Source: Macrostomum lignano (lineage: Eukaryota). From it: a stretch of 64,000 nt of DNA. This document shows, piece by piece, positions 30,089-42,879 of this stretch (positions within the stretch are counted from its first letter, which is position 1; every line of letters begins with the position of its first letter). The notes under the pieces are model-generated. The model was given only the letters and a program-made list of their open reading frames with translations, was not told where the DNA came from and made no database searches. The position numbers and the translations under genes are program-made. The stretch is from the NCBI GenBank assembly GCA_002269645.1, contig NIVC01000704.1, forward strand, positions 203,692 to 267,691, read 5' to 3'.

Positions 30089-33000
30089 TCAAGACCGCCA
30101 GATTCGCCGCACTGTCCGGTGCGTCAAGAGTCGGCAAGACTGGCACATGTCCAGCAGCATGCCAGCGAGGCCGGCCACTGCCACTATGCTTCCCACCAGA
30201 GCGATGGCCGGTCGCCACGTATCCAGCTTGTCGAAAATGTGTCCTGTAGGGGTGGTTGTTTGTAAAATTATTGAATAAATGTGTACGTGTTGGTACTATA
30301 GGCACGTACGATCGTGAGTCCGACTTAACAAACGGCATCAGGTAAATCTTATTAAATGTTTTCATACCTATCACTTGAAGTATTAAAAGTATTAAATGTT
30401 TTCATACATAAGGCTTATTCAAACTGCAATAAGGCCAATATTTTGTCTGACCACTTTATTCCCATACGAGCCGTATCATTTGATGGCTCAATCGACAGAG
30501 GGATGAAAAAACCTTCTTCTTCATCTAAAAGTCGATCTGAGGCCAAAGGGGACCGAAGCCTTGTGGTTAATTAGCGCGGCGCTCTGACGTGCTAGCGGCC
30601 CGGGCTCGATTCCAAGTGCAGTCACATTAACTTGGGAGTGAATTGGAATCTCGGCTTGGGTCTGCTGCTCGTGCAATTAACGGCCTTGAGGCAATCCCCC
30701 GCCCCCAAGGCACAGTGAAGTGTACATTTCTAACGGTAAATAAAGTTAGGGCCGCTGTACACTCCTGTGTAAGTGTGTGCCTGTGCGTATGTTTGCGTAC
30801 GTATCCGCGAGCTTGTGTGCCTGCAGTCGGCGGAATGGGCAGTACGAGCTAATTCCTCTCGAGAGATCTCGCCCCGGCTGTGTGACAATAATGTCACATA
30901 TGGTGCACACAATTCTCTGCCTCTAATAAAAAATTAAAAGGGAGCAAAGCGTATCTAAATACCTGTAAAATGGGTTATTTGAAACCATGTGAAATAGTTT
31001 CCTATCGAACTCCGCCAGCTTGATTTCATGAAAATTAATCGCCAGTGTTCCACAACTCGAACCTCTTAATCTCCCCGCAGCGCAAAGGAAAGCCTCAATA
31101 ATAGGGATTGCAATCCTGGGATCCCGGGATTTGGGGTCCCAGATCCCGGGACTAATTTCTGTTATTATTTTTACAAAAAGTGTTGTAATATGAACATAAT
31201 TGGGCCCACAATTAGTTTATTATACTGCGCTAATCCGTTAAAGTTCCTCACGTCGCGTGGCACCTTTTTAAACCCTGCATCACAGATTTAAATGTGAAAT
31301 TTATTCCAATGTAAATTTTGATATACGATTTGCTTCATTACTACTAATTAGTACTTTTATACTACTAACTTAAATACGTCACTAGATAATGCTGTTTTTC
31401 TTCTACAAAAAGATCATTATCTCTATAACAATAAAAAATGGAAGCAAAAATACATTTTGCGCACATTTTGCTTTAAAATTTCAACCCAGAAGCTTAAAAT
31501 CTGTACTTTTCTGATCCCGGGATTGAATCCCGGGATTGGCCAAATTCCGGGATTAAATCTCGGGATCCCGGGATCGCAAAAAACGGGGATTTTGCAATCC
31601 TACTCAATAAACTTATCACTTCTTATTCCAGCTAGTTTTAGTAGCTCGCATCATGATTGTGTTGGTTTGTGACTGGTCTTGACTAGTCAATAACCAGTTT
31701 TAAATCCCCTCTGCCCTGCCGTTCTCTCTCTCCCTCTGTCCGCGATGTGTGGGGGGTGCTTGGCTCTGCGTGCGTGGGGTGGTGGCTTGGTGGGGTGGGT
31801 TTAAGCCTCTGCGCCGTCGCCCCTTTTATTGGCTTCTCGCCCAGTTGACTCTGCGTTTTTTGGCTGCCTACGTGAGCTCAAAATTTTCTAGCTCAAAAAA
31901 GTTTTTTCATCTGGCGCCATGTCTGACCTTGACCGGTTAACAGTAGCCCAACTGCGCGCGGCCCTAAGAGACAATGGCCTACCGGTTTCGGGAAACAAGC
32001 AAGAGCTTATTGAGCGGCTTCAAGCTGCTCCACCACAGCCAGGCGACGTCGAAGTTCCAGACGACGCAGAAGGAGATGAAGCAAATGCTGCGATAAATCA
32101 GCTGCTGAACGGCGAAGAATCGGAGAATATTGACGCCACGAACATTGCCCAAGTGAGCCGACTTGATAGCAAAATTCAGCAAGCTCTGTCGCGGATCGAG
32201 CTGCTAGAACTGAAGAAGCGAGAGGCGCAACTCCGGCAGGAAATCTGTCTGCATGCCACCGCCACAGCTGGAGAGGTCTACCCGATTTCGGCACTTTTTG
32301 GGTCGCTTTCAGCGGAGGCGCGGCCGGCTCGACGCCCTCTGCTCATCCCAAACTTCGTGGATGGCAGACGGGAGCAGATGGCTTGGCTGACGCATGATCG
32401 CGACCGGGGCGCGGCGAAAGGCGGTGCGCCCAGCCTTGACAGCATCAGCACAGGGCAATGGAACGCTGCTAACGCCAGAATAATGCAGCAGCTGCTTGAG
32501 TCCAACCAGTTCGTCCAAAGAAAGCGATGGAAGCATCGATGTGCGGCGCTTGAAGGCATACCTCAATTTCAACATACATATCGGCGAGCTCATGGAAGCA
32601 GACTTCGATTGGAATGTCGTCCTACAATACGATCAGAACATGCGTCTGTTACAGCACGAGCGGCAGAGACTGGGATAGCCCAGACCTAAATATCATAATA
32701 AAGAACATGACCGCGCCTAAGAACCTGCAAAAGACGGGCAGCAAAAAGTCTTCCGGAAGAAGCCAAGCAACATCATGGGGCCAGACGATTTGCGGCCTAT
32801 TCGATAGCAACCGCGGTTGTCAGAAGCAGCCTTGCAACTTCGCACACGTCTGCCGCATCTGTGAGGCTCCGCACCCGGCCAATCAGCACCAGCACAACAA
32901 TGGCTCGGGTCCAAAAAACTGTTTGACACCGCCTCGCCCTATGCCTCGCCTGCTGCCTTGCCTGATCCGTCTTTAACCTCGCCTCCCAACTCGCCTACAG

Positions 33001-36000
33001 CTTCATTCTTATCCATCTCGCCTCATCCGTCATCGGCTATTGCCGCGCCTGGTGGAGCCATAGCGGCCGCCAAATCGCCTAACCCGCCAGCCCAGCCGCC
33101 AGCCCAGCCGCCAGCCCAGCCGCCAGCTCAGCCGCCAGCTCAGCCGCCAGCCCAGCCGCCAGCCCAGCCGCCAGCCCAGTCACTGGCCTCGACCTGGTCG
33201 CTTTCGCCATCAGCTTGGGAGCCTGTTCTAGCCAACGATCCGGATGCGGAGTGTCTCCGTTTTGGCTTGCGCCATGGATTCCTCATCGCCAACAAGCCAG
33301 CTCAATCAGCCTCCGAAGTCAGCAATCCGCTCTTTCTGAGGACACCTACCTACCAGCTGGTTGAGTCCCAGATCAGAGAGGAACTTGAGACTGGCCGCTA
33401 TGTGCGCGCATCAGAGCTGGGCATAGGTGTCCCCGTCAAAGTCAGCCCGCTTGGAGCCATCAAGAAGAGCAACGGAGGAATCCGCCTAATCCACGATGCG
33501 TCTGTGCCCGCCGGAGACGGCATCAACGACTGCTACACAGAGCGTCAAAGAATGCGGTTTGCAAGCGTCGATGACCTGACGTGGCGCCTGAAGCGCAACT
33601 GGTTCATGAGCAAAATTGACCTCAGCCAGGCCTATCGTAGCGTCCGCATTCACCCGGACTGCTATCAGCTGACAGGCATCGTGGCACTTCGCGGGTGATC
33701 CGCATCCGACTTACTTGGTGGACACCAGACTGCCGTTCGGTGCATCAGCGTTGGTCAACAGTGTCGGTCTCACCCAGGCTGTTCGGCGCTATATCAGTTC
33801 GAAGCTGATACTGATAGCGATACTGATACTGATACTGATACTGATACTGATACTGATAGCTATCAGTTCGAAGCGAAGCTTGTATCAGTACCCGCCCAAG
33901 CAGGTAGTCGTTGTCTATCTGGACGACTTCTGCGTTGCTGCCGAGACCTTTGAGAGTTGCTCAGAAGCTCACAACTTGCTGTTGGATTTGCTTCCCTCGC
34001 TGGGATTCTGCATCAGTTGGGAAAAGACCAGCCCACCTGCTGCGTGCATCACGTTTCTTGGAGTGCAAATCGACAGCACATCCGGTCTGCTGTCCCTGCC
34101 GCAGAGCAAGACCGATGAGCTGCGGATGTTGCTACGTGATTGTCAGAGCGCTAAGAGTTTGTCAAAGCTTCAGCTCCAAAAGCTGGTGGGCAAGATCGGC
34201 TGGTTTTGCAAGGTGGCTCGTCCCGCTCGAGTCTTTCTGCGAACTCTCATTGACGTCACCAATGCCATCAACGGGCGTCATCGTCGGATTCCCATGGCGG
34301 GCGAGCTCCGTGCGCAGCTGGACTGGTGGCTGCAGGCACTGCCCGCCTTTCCATGTGACCGGCTGTGGGTGCGACCGAGCCGGCTGTTGCCATGGAAACG
34401 GACGCCTGCCAGCAGCGACTTCGTGTTCGTTGACTTCGATCATGATGCAGGAGGCCGCCTGGCAGACGAAAATATCATCACGAAGGAAGCAGCGCTGCCG
34501 CTGATGGCCATCATCATGTTCAAGGAGCAGCTCGAGAACAGCCGGATCGCCCTCTACATTGACAACAGCGCGGCGGTGGGCTGCATCACCAACGGTGCAT
34601 CTGGCAACGCGGCCATCATGACCCTGCTGCGAACTGCCACTCTAGCAGCGCTCAAGCACAACATCAGCTTCCGGGCCTTTCACATGTCGGGCGCCTGGCA
34701 GCTGCTCAGCGACCCTCTGTCACGGGCGCTCACCCACCATCGGCATCTGCTGCTCTTCCTGCTGCGGTTCTACGGGCATCCAGCCTTGGCCTGCGGGAAG
34801 CTGCGTCAACGTTGCCTTAGCGACCGCGTCACTGATTAGCTGGAAGAGCAACTTCGGCAGTGCGTTAACAGTGCTGAGTGAGGCGTGCTGGTTTTTTCCC
34901 GCCTTTCACCTTTCATGCTTCGTGTTTCTTTTTTCTTCCCTTTTTGGGTTTGGGGTTGCTTCCGCGCATCCTCTTTCGTGCCAATGCTGCTCTTGTTCCT
35001 TCTTTTGGGTTTAACTGGATTGGTAAAGTTAACAACGCTCGTAGCCACTATCACAACTGTCTGCGCATGCACTGGTTTGCTAGTTCAGGCTCTATCCTGC
35101 ACACTGTTCATGAGGCTCATTTCTCACCCAGTAGGACAGGCATGCAGAGCATCCAGCCGCCGTGCATGATGCTGTAGGTGGCGAACGCGGCCCGATAGTT
35201 CTCAAGCCCCAGCTGGCTGATGGCCAGCGGATGCGTGTCGGCGATCACCACGCCGCCGAAGAGTCCGCAGGCGAGAGTGAAGAACAGCAGGCCAGCGTAG
35301 CTTGGGGTCAGGAGAAGAATGAACCAGAGCGCGCTCTGGCAAATCAGAGCGATCCAAACCATGCGCACGTGCGACATGAGCTTCTTGTCCGTGATGAACC
35401 CCACGAGCAGGCGGGACACCAGATCCGGGATGCCCTGCAGCAGCAGGAGCATGCTTGTAGTTCGGCCATCCAGGCCGATTTCGCGGCCGTACAGCGGGAC
35501 AATGTAGAAGGTGAGGAGCAGGCCACAGAGGCCCATTGTGAGCACTGCACCGACTGCGTAGTACACTGGGAGGCGGAACAGACTACAGGCGGACGAGAGC
35601 ATCGACGGTTCCGCTTTCGGATTTGCGGTGTGTTTATTTTTCGTCGATGCTGGCGTCAGAGGTCGCTGCTCCTCCTCGTCTCTGATGTCTCCATTGCCAG
35701 CTTCAACTGAATTTCCATTGGCACCTTGGATAGCCTCCGCCTCCTCCTGCTGTTTCTGATCTGCGCCTGTGGAGCCGTCGGCGGCGCGGGCCGGATGCGG
35801 CTGCAAGGCCAGGCTGGTGCCGTCCTGCTGCTCCTCGTCGTCAGACTCGGCAAACGGGACGCTGTCCTCGAAGCCGGCTCCGAATGCGGGACCAGCCGGC
35901 TGTTCTGGCTCACGCTGCGGCTCCGGCTGCAACCGAAGCTGTTCAGACGGCTTCTCGGAGGGCGGAGGCGGCTTGGGCCGCATGAGGCAGGCCGCTGCGC

Positions 36001-37241
36001 AAGTGTGCAGCGTGATGCCGCCCCAGAGCAGCATGGCGCCTCGGAATGTGTAAGCGGTCATCAAGTGAGTCAGCAGCGGCGGCATCAGGAAGGAGCCGAT
36101 TGGTCCGCCAGCGAAGGCGATGCCGTTCGCCCTGCTACGGTACCGGTCGAAGTACTGATTGAGCAGCAGGATGGCCGGGTTCTGGCTGGCCGAGAGCCCC
36201 AGGCCGAGCAGCACGGCGGTGCCGGAGGACAGCGCGGCCGGAGTAGGCAGGAAATAGGCCAGGCAGAGACCGCCGCTAGTGAGGAGGCCGCCGATAAAGA
36301 TGAGAATCCGGCAGCTGACCAGCCGAGTCATGACGATGAAGACCATGCCTAGAGTGCAACGGGGACACAAGGAAAGGTGAACCAGGTAAAGGATAAGTTT
36401 GTCATCTGAATAGCCGGGTGTAGGAGAGTTTGAGAAGCTTTTTGTGGTGAGAGCGGTTTAGTGTAAGGCTTTTCTCTGCCTGCTTTAAAAGACAAGGTTG
36501 TTTAACCCTGACCCTTGTGACCATCTGAACGTGGTGTGATTATCAGCAAAATTTATGGACTTTTAAATACGAGATTGCAGAAATTCAACGTCTAGCTTGA
36601 GGTTGCAGATCCTTTCTGCTTCTCAGAAGCCTGTTTTTAGTTTCTTCACGACTGTTGTTACCAGGGTGCATCTGCGCCTACATGTATGAGCAACGCTTAG
36701 CTCTAGGTCAAGTTTTCCCGGCAGGTGAACTCTTGCCCCTGTGGTTTGTCGGGTCTAACAGAGCCGATGAATACACTATCATTGGCAAGTAAAGGACAGA
36801 TAGTCTTAGAGCTTCCCAACCTAGAAATAATATACGAGTAGAATACGTTCCCTACCGATAATTCAAAAGAACTCTAAAGACTACAGAATGCTATTATCAA
36901 CCCATCGGGTAAACCACGGTCTTAAAAGCACTCACTGAACACCGTGAATGTGACGTAGGTGACGCTAAATATGACTGACGAGTCGCGCTTCTTCAACGAG
37001 AACTCAAGCGACGCACTGTTGACAAGAATGCCGAGGCAGCGGATCGAGCCGAGGGTGACGATGTTGATGATGCACACAGCTGCGCGGAGTAAAGGAGGGG
37101 GGCGATTGGAACTCAATGCCTGGTGGCTGGTTAGCTGACCTCTCATGGAAGGCTGAGGAACTCACCGACCGCGATGACCCAGGCCCAGCCCCGGTCAATG
37201 CTGGGGTCTACCGGAGCTTCGGCTGCTGAAGCGGCCTTCAT
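30089..37241 (-). CDS. SLC16/monocarboxylate transporter-family MFS protein, 531 aa. Exons 37241-37166, 37079-36936, 36348-35128, 30243-30089.
   Basis: N-terminal DRGWAWVI (SLC16 DGGWGW motif), QYFDRYRSRANGIAFAGGPIG, FRGAMLLWGG...CLMRP, TM8 PDLVSR (D-x3-R pair), final exon GHIFDKLDTW. Junctions are GT-AG, phase 1, 1596 nt in total. Confidence 0.92.
30558..30940 (+). mobile_element. tRNA-derived SINE-like element in the MCT last intron
   Basis: A-box-like ccttgtggttaa, B-box gggctcgattcc, agtcacattaacttg core, A-rich tail aataaaaaattaaaa. Confidence 0.6.
31102..31602. mobile_element. hAT-type MITE (501 bp) with a perfect 8-bp TSD
   Basis: TIRs tagggattgcaa / ttgcaatccta. TSD ctcaataa at 31094-31101 and 31603-31610. 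Many subterminal atcccgggat palindromes. Confidence 0.92.
31700..34900 (+). mobile_element. DIRS/Ngaro-type tyrosine-recombinase retrotransposon, frameshifted, antisense in the MCT last intron
   Basis: ORF1 from 31919 has a SAP motif and, after two frameshifts, CGLFDSNRGCQKQPCNFAHVCRICEAPH. RT: VSPLGAIKKSNGGIRLIHDAS, KIDLSQAYRSV, DTRLPFG, YLDDF. DIRS-type RNase H: IDNSAAV...FHMSG...SDPLSR. Only a degenerate start of the recombinase remains. Confidence 0.88.
33085..33180. repeat. 12-bp repeat (ccgccagcccag) x8 encoding PPAQ upstream of the retroelement RT
   Basis: Direct reading. Confidence 0.9.
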
Positions 37242-37978
37242 GGCGGAAGACTTTCAGATTCCGAAGGAGGTCGCCTGGCTTCCCGAATCGATTCTGATGG
37301 GGCTCTAAACCTACTGTGCATAAACCGCTGACTCACGCTGCTGCTGATGAAGCTGTTGGAGTATAGTCGTACGCAGCCGAAGGTTTTTGCTTCTGTTGTT
37401 CTGCTCGCCCGCAGGCCCGAGCCCTGCGCCGGCTCTCATTGGGCCTCGCGATGCTGGCACTAGACGGGTGCAGCCGCGTACAATGGGACAGGGCGTCTGC
37501 GTGGGCCTCAGGCGCATTCTTCGGTCTCTCCTCCTGGCTCAGTCAGTCTATTATTAGCCTTGCTGACAATTTTTTGCTAACAAAATTGTCTCGCTAGTAG
37601 TAAGACTGGTATCGTCAGTAATAAAGTGGAGCTGGGTGGAGCCAGGCAGACAGTTGAATTCGAGGTTTTTCGAGATGCAACTGCAATATTTGTCTGGGAG
37701 CGTATAGAAGTTTCCTTGCACTAATTTCAGTCTGCCTTTGTCAGTATCAACGGCCGAATTGAGACGACTTTAGTTCGGCTGTACGAAAAAATATGACGGC
37801 AACGCTGGGGCTCAATGAGTGCAGTGTTGAGAGGCGGGCCTTCTCTTTTTGAACTCTCTTCCTGAAAAAGGCTGAGCTAAGAGATAAGCGCCCCTTAAAG
37901 GAGACAGGTTTTATAAAAGAGTACTACAAATCACCCTGAAGTACCTGGGAGTAAGCGTTCCTTCTGGAATATCAACTT

Positions 37979-40050
37979 GAGTGAGCATTACTTCTGGAGT
38001 ATCAGTGAGTGAGCATTACTTCTGAAGTATCAGTGAGTGAGCATTACTTCTGGAGTATCAGTGAGTGAGCATTACTTCTGGAGTATCAGTGAGTGAGCAT
38101 TACTTCTGGAGTATCAGTGAGTGAGCATTACTTCTGGAGTATCTGTGAGTGAGCATTACTTCTGGAGTATCAGTGAGTGAGCATTACTTCTGGAGTATCT
38201 GTGAGTGAGCATTACTTCTGGAGTATCAGTGAGTGAGCATTACTTCTGGAGTATCAGTGAGTGAGCATTACTTCTGGAGTATCTGTGAGTGAGCATTACT
38301 TCTGGAGTATCAGTGAGTGAGCATTACTTCTGGAGTATCTGTGAGTGAGCATTACTCCTGGAGTATCAGTGAGTGAGCATTACTTCTGGAGTATCTGTGA
38401 GTGAGCATTACTTCTGGAGTATCAGTGAGTGAGCATTACTTCTGGAGTATCTGTGAGTGAGCATTACTCCTGGAGTATCAGTGAGTGAGCATTACTTCTG
38501 GAGTATCTGTGAGTGAGCATTACTTCTGGAGTATCTGTGAGTGAGCATTACTTCTGGAGTATCTGTGAGTGAGCATTGCTTCTGAAGTATCTGTGAGTGA
38601 GCATTACTCCTGGAGTATCAGTGAGTGAGCATTACTTCTGGAGTATCTGTGAGTGAGCATTACTTCTGGAGTATCAGTGAGTGAGCATTACTTCTGGAGT
38701 ATCTGTGAGTGAGCATTACTCCTGGAGTATCAGTGAGTGAGCATTACTTCTGGAGTATCTGTGAGTGAGCATTACTTCTGGAGTATCAGTGAGTGAGCAT
38801 TACTTCTGGAGTATCTGTGAGTGAGCATTACTCCTGGAGTATCAGTGAGTGAGCATTACTTCTGGAGTATCTGTGAGTGAGCATTACTTCTGGAGTATCT
38901 GTGAGTGAGCATTACTTCTGGAGTATCTGTGAGTGAGCATTGCTTCTGAAGTATCTGTGAGTGAGCATTACTTCTGGAGTATCAGTGAGTGAGCATTACT
39001 TCTGGAGTATCAGTGAGTGAGCATTACTTCTGGAGTATCAGTGAGTGAGCATTACTTCTGGAGTATCAGTGAGTGAGCATTACTTCTGGAGTATCAGTGA
39101 GTGAGCATTACTTCTGGAGTATCAGTGAGTGAGCATTACTTCTGGAGTATCTGTGAGTGAGCATTACTCCTGGAGTATCAGTGAGTGAGCATTACTTCTG
39201 GAGTATCAGTGAGTGAGCATTGCTTCTGAAGTATCTGTGAGTGAGCATTACTTTTGGAGTATCAGTGAGTGAGCATTACTTCTGAAGTATCTGTGAGTGA
39301 GCATTGCTTCTGAAGTATCTGTGAGTGAGCATTACTTCTGGAGTATCTGTGAGTGAGAATTACTTCTGGAGTATCAGTGAGTGAGCATTACTTCTGGAGT
39401 ATCTGTGAGTGAGCATTACTTCTGGAGTATCTGTGAGTGAGCATTACTTCTGGAGTATCTGTGAGTGAGAATTACTTCTGGAGTATCAGTGAGTGAGCAT
39501 TACTTCTGGAGTATCAGTGAGTGAGAATTACTTCTGGAGTATCAGTGAGTGAGCATTACTTCTGGAGTATCAGTGAGTGAGCATTACTTCTGGAGTATCT
39601 GTGAGTGAGCATTACTTCTGGAGTATCAGTGAGTGAGCATTACTTCTGGAGTATCTGTGAGTGAGAATTACTTCTGGAGTATCAGTGAGTGAGCATTACT
39701 TCTGGAGTATCAGTGAGTGAGCATTACTTCTGGAGTATCAGTGAGTGAGCATTACTTCTGGAGTATCAGTGAGTGAGCATTACTTCTGGAGTATCTGTGA
39801 GTGAGCATTACTTCTGGAGTATCAGTGAGTGAGCATTACTTCTGGAGTATCTGTGAGTGAGAATTACTTCTGGAGTATCAGTGAGTGAGCATTACTTCTG
39901 GAGTATCAGTGAGTGAGCATTACTTCTGGAGTATCAGTGAGTGAGCATTACTTCTGGAGTATCAGTGAGTGAGCATTACTTCTGGAGTATCTGTGAGTGA
40001 GCATTACTTCTGGAGTATCTGTGAGTGAGAATTACTTCTGGAGTATCAGT
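37979..40050. repeat. 28-bp minisatellite (GAGTGAGCATTACTTCTGGAGTATC[A/T]GT) x~74
   Basis: Highly homogeneous copies, with few variant positions. Confidence 0.98.
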
Positions 40051-40718
40051 GACTGAAAATTTTTGATGGAGTATCAGGTAATGAACGATTTTTTCCGTAT
40101 ATGTCCATGTCTATGGGCAAGACCAAATATACTTTAATCTACGAGTGTATTATGAGTTTTTCACCTGTCCTACAAAGTTTACACCACATTCCATGCAAGT
40201 GAAATCGTAATATTCTCTGATGTCTCTGAGTTTCTTTCTGCCTAATGGTTTAAGGACTCAAAGATTTTTTAATTGTGTTGAGCAGTGTTTATTTCTCCTG
40301 TCCATTTCACTGTCTTGTACTTCTACACAAATTATAGGCAAGCATAGTTCAGCCCTAGCGAAGGCTGATATAATTTCTGAGTAGCTCTCAAGTGATCCAA
40401 GCAACCACCGAGTATCTCTTGGTAGTAGACGAACAGTTTTTTTCAAAATTCTGCTTGAGCGTCATGGCTCACTTACTGAGCTGGGGAAGCTGCATCAACC
40501 CCTCATTCCACATTCAAGGCTCAACACACTTCGCTAATCGGCGCACGTTATTGTCTTATGAAGTTCGAGTTCGCAACCCACATCTCAGGTACTCTGAGCA
40601 GCCCCTTGAGAGTTTGGATAAAATTGCGCACATAAATTCTGATGCAGAAGAAGACGCAGTGCAACTTCATGCATGCCGCACAGTGCAAACTGGGCAAGTG
40701 AGTTAACGGTGAGCATTA

Positions 40719-42062
40719 ATGCTGACAGCGGAGCAGTTGGAGCTTCAAGAGGCACTGGATGCGCAAGACGGCAGGCGACTCATGCGCCTGTGCCGACGCC
40801 TCACTCGAAACCTCGTCGTGACGGCGGGCGGCTACGAGATGACGCTCGCCCATCACGTCGCCATCGGTGAGCTGTCCAATGGACTCGAGTGCCTCAAAAC
40901 CATTGTGAACCAAGCTGGAGCAGAATGCCTGTCTGACCGCAATCAGAACGGCAACACTCCGGTGCACCTGGCAGCCATGTTTCAAGACGATACGTGGATG
41001 ATCTATCTTCACAAGACCCTCGGCTCCGACTGCTTCGAAGTCGGAGGCAAGCACAATCGAACAGCGGCCCATTTCGGCGCACTAAACCTGCGCGGCAATT
41101 CGGCACTGAAGTGGCTGGCAAGAAACCTTGGTCAGCGATGCCTCAGAGGCTTGGATGAAGAAGGCAACACGCCGTTACATCTGGCAGCTTGGCGGCAGGG
41201 CGCAGACTCCATGCAGCTGTTTAAGAATGAACTTGGAACCTTCTGCTTCCAGCAGCAGGGCCGCTTCAAGAGAACTCCCGTTCATCAAGCAGCCACCAAC
41301 AGGACGAGCAACGAGGCCTTGAAGTGGCTGATCAACGAATGCGGATCCGAAGCCCTGAAAGTGACGGACGAGCACGGCAACACGGCAGTGCACCTGGCCT
41401 CTTGCAAGCAGGACCAAGACTCGCTGAAGCTAATCAAGGACTGTCTCGGCTGTCTAGTCTTCATGGTCAGGGGCCGTCATGGATTTACCGCCGTGCATTA
41501 CGCTGCGATGAACGTTAATGGGGACGCGTCGTTGCTGTGGTTCGTCAAGGAGCTTGGCTCCAGCTGCCTTCTTGAGAAAGGTACGGCGCTCGACCAGACG
41601 CCACTTCATCTGGCTGCTCAGCATCAGGGAGAAAGGCCGATTGATGTCGCGCGAAGGTCTCTTGGACTGTCGTGCGTCATGCAAGCGGATAGAAGGCGGC
41701 GAACTGTTGTACATTACGCTGCCATGAATAGGCGGAGCACCGCCGCCCTGCGCCACATCGTTGCCCAGCTGGGGCCCGAGTGCCTCAAGCAGAAGGACGC
41801 TGATGGCAGCATGTGCTTACATTTGGCTGCTCAATATCAAGGCCTGGAGTCGATGGCTTTGATTTGGGACTGCCTGGGTGCCACCGCCTTCAAACTGGAG
41901 GGCCAAAACAGCCGCACAATGGTGCACTACGCGGCGGAGAATGATCAGAAAAAAGAGCTCATTAGCTGGATCGTTCGAAAGCTGGGGCATCAATGCCTGT
42001 TGATTAGCGATTCTGAGGGAGTGACTCCGGCTCGAATCTCTGGGTACTATGAGTACCATTAA
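40719..42062 (+). CDS. Ankyrin-repeat protein (447 aa, about 11-12 repeats). Upstream exons possible.
   Basis: Repeated G-x-T-P/A-x-H-x-A-A motifs (GNTPVHLAA, NRTAAHFGA, GNTPLHLAA, KRTPVHQAA...) in one uninterrupted ORF. Confidence 0.88.
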   Translation: MLTAEQLELQEALDAQDGRRLMRLCRRLTRNLVVTAGGYEMTLAHHVAIGELSNGLECLKTIVNQAGAECLSDRNQNGNTPVHLAAMFQDDTWMIYLHKTLGSDCFEVGGKHNRTAAHFGALNLRGNSALKWLARNLGQRCLRGLDEEGNTPLHLAAWRQGADSMQLFKNELGTFCFQQQGRFKRTPVHQAATNRTSNEALKWLINECGSEALKVTDEHGNTAVHLASCKQDQDSLKLIKDCLGCLVFMVRGRHGFTAVHYAAMNVNGDASLLWFVKELGSSCLLEKGTALDQTPLHLAAQHQGERPIDVARRSLGLSCVMQADRRRRTVVHYAAMNRRSTAALRHIVAQLGPECLKQKDADGSMCLHLAAQYQGLESMALIWDCLGATAFKLEGQNSRTMVHYAAENDQKKELISWIVRKLGHQCLLISDSEGVTPARISGYYEYH

Positions 42063-42879
42063 TGACGTTTTGAGCAAACTTTCCTTGTTAATATGTAGTT
42101 AAATTGTGATTAAATTAAGGCACATATGTGCAGTAAATTTAAACGGTTTCGATAGGCGATGGCCTGATGGGCGAATTTTCATTCCGACTTTTTCTTTCTT
42201 CTTTAATCACAGTTTCGAATTGCTTAACTTTTCTAGGATCCGATCGCATACATACTATAGTTAGCATGCATGTACTTGTAATTGTGTACCTTATAACAGG
42301 CCATTTTACTAGCGATATGATATCAATTGATTATGAGTTAATTTATCAATTTTTTTTCATAATCATTTTAAAACTGAATTATTAAAGAGAAGCACAGCAG
42401 AGCTTATTTAGATTCAACAAATTGGGACAGAAAGAGTTTTGGGTCAGCATCAGCACAAAGTCAAATACATTTGATGGCACTTTTGCTTAACAGTCGAAGC
42501 CATCATTACGAATTCCTACTTTAGGACGATTCTCATACCTGAGAATTGCCATCAGAAATTAATGATTCCAGCTGGGACGTGATGCTTTTCTTAGAAAATT
42601 CGATTCTTCGTAAATTTTATTAGAAACATTGGGATTTGTCCCGTCCTTTTGTGCGTCTGTTCTTCAGTTCTTGTAATCTATACTCTACATCTAATCATCG
42701 GTGACTGTATGATGACAGATAAGCAGTAATGATCCACTTGATAGTGCGTTTTAATGTTTCCTCAATAATAGCAAAAAAATACTTCACCTGCCAGCCACGC
42801 AGTGGCCAGAAAGGGGGAGAAGTCAGAGATAACGTCGTTAGGGCCATAGAGCTCAAAAAGTCACACCCCATATCCGGTA

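Noticed and set aside
34836-35100. Terminal MCT exon immediately after 35128
   Set aside because: The phase-1 continuation stops within 10 codons; the exon at 30243-30089 supplies the expected final TM helix.
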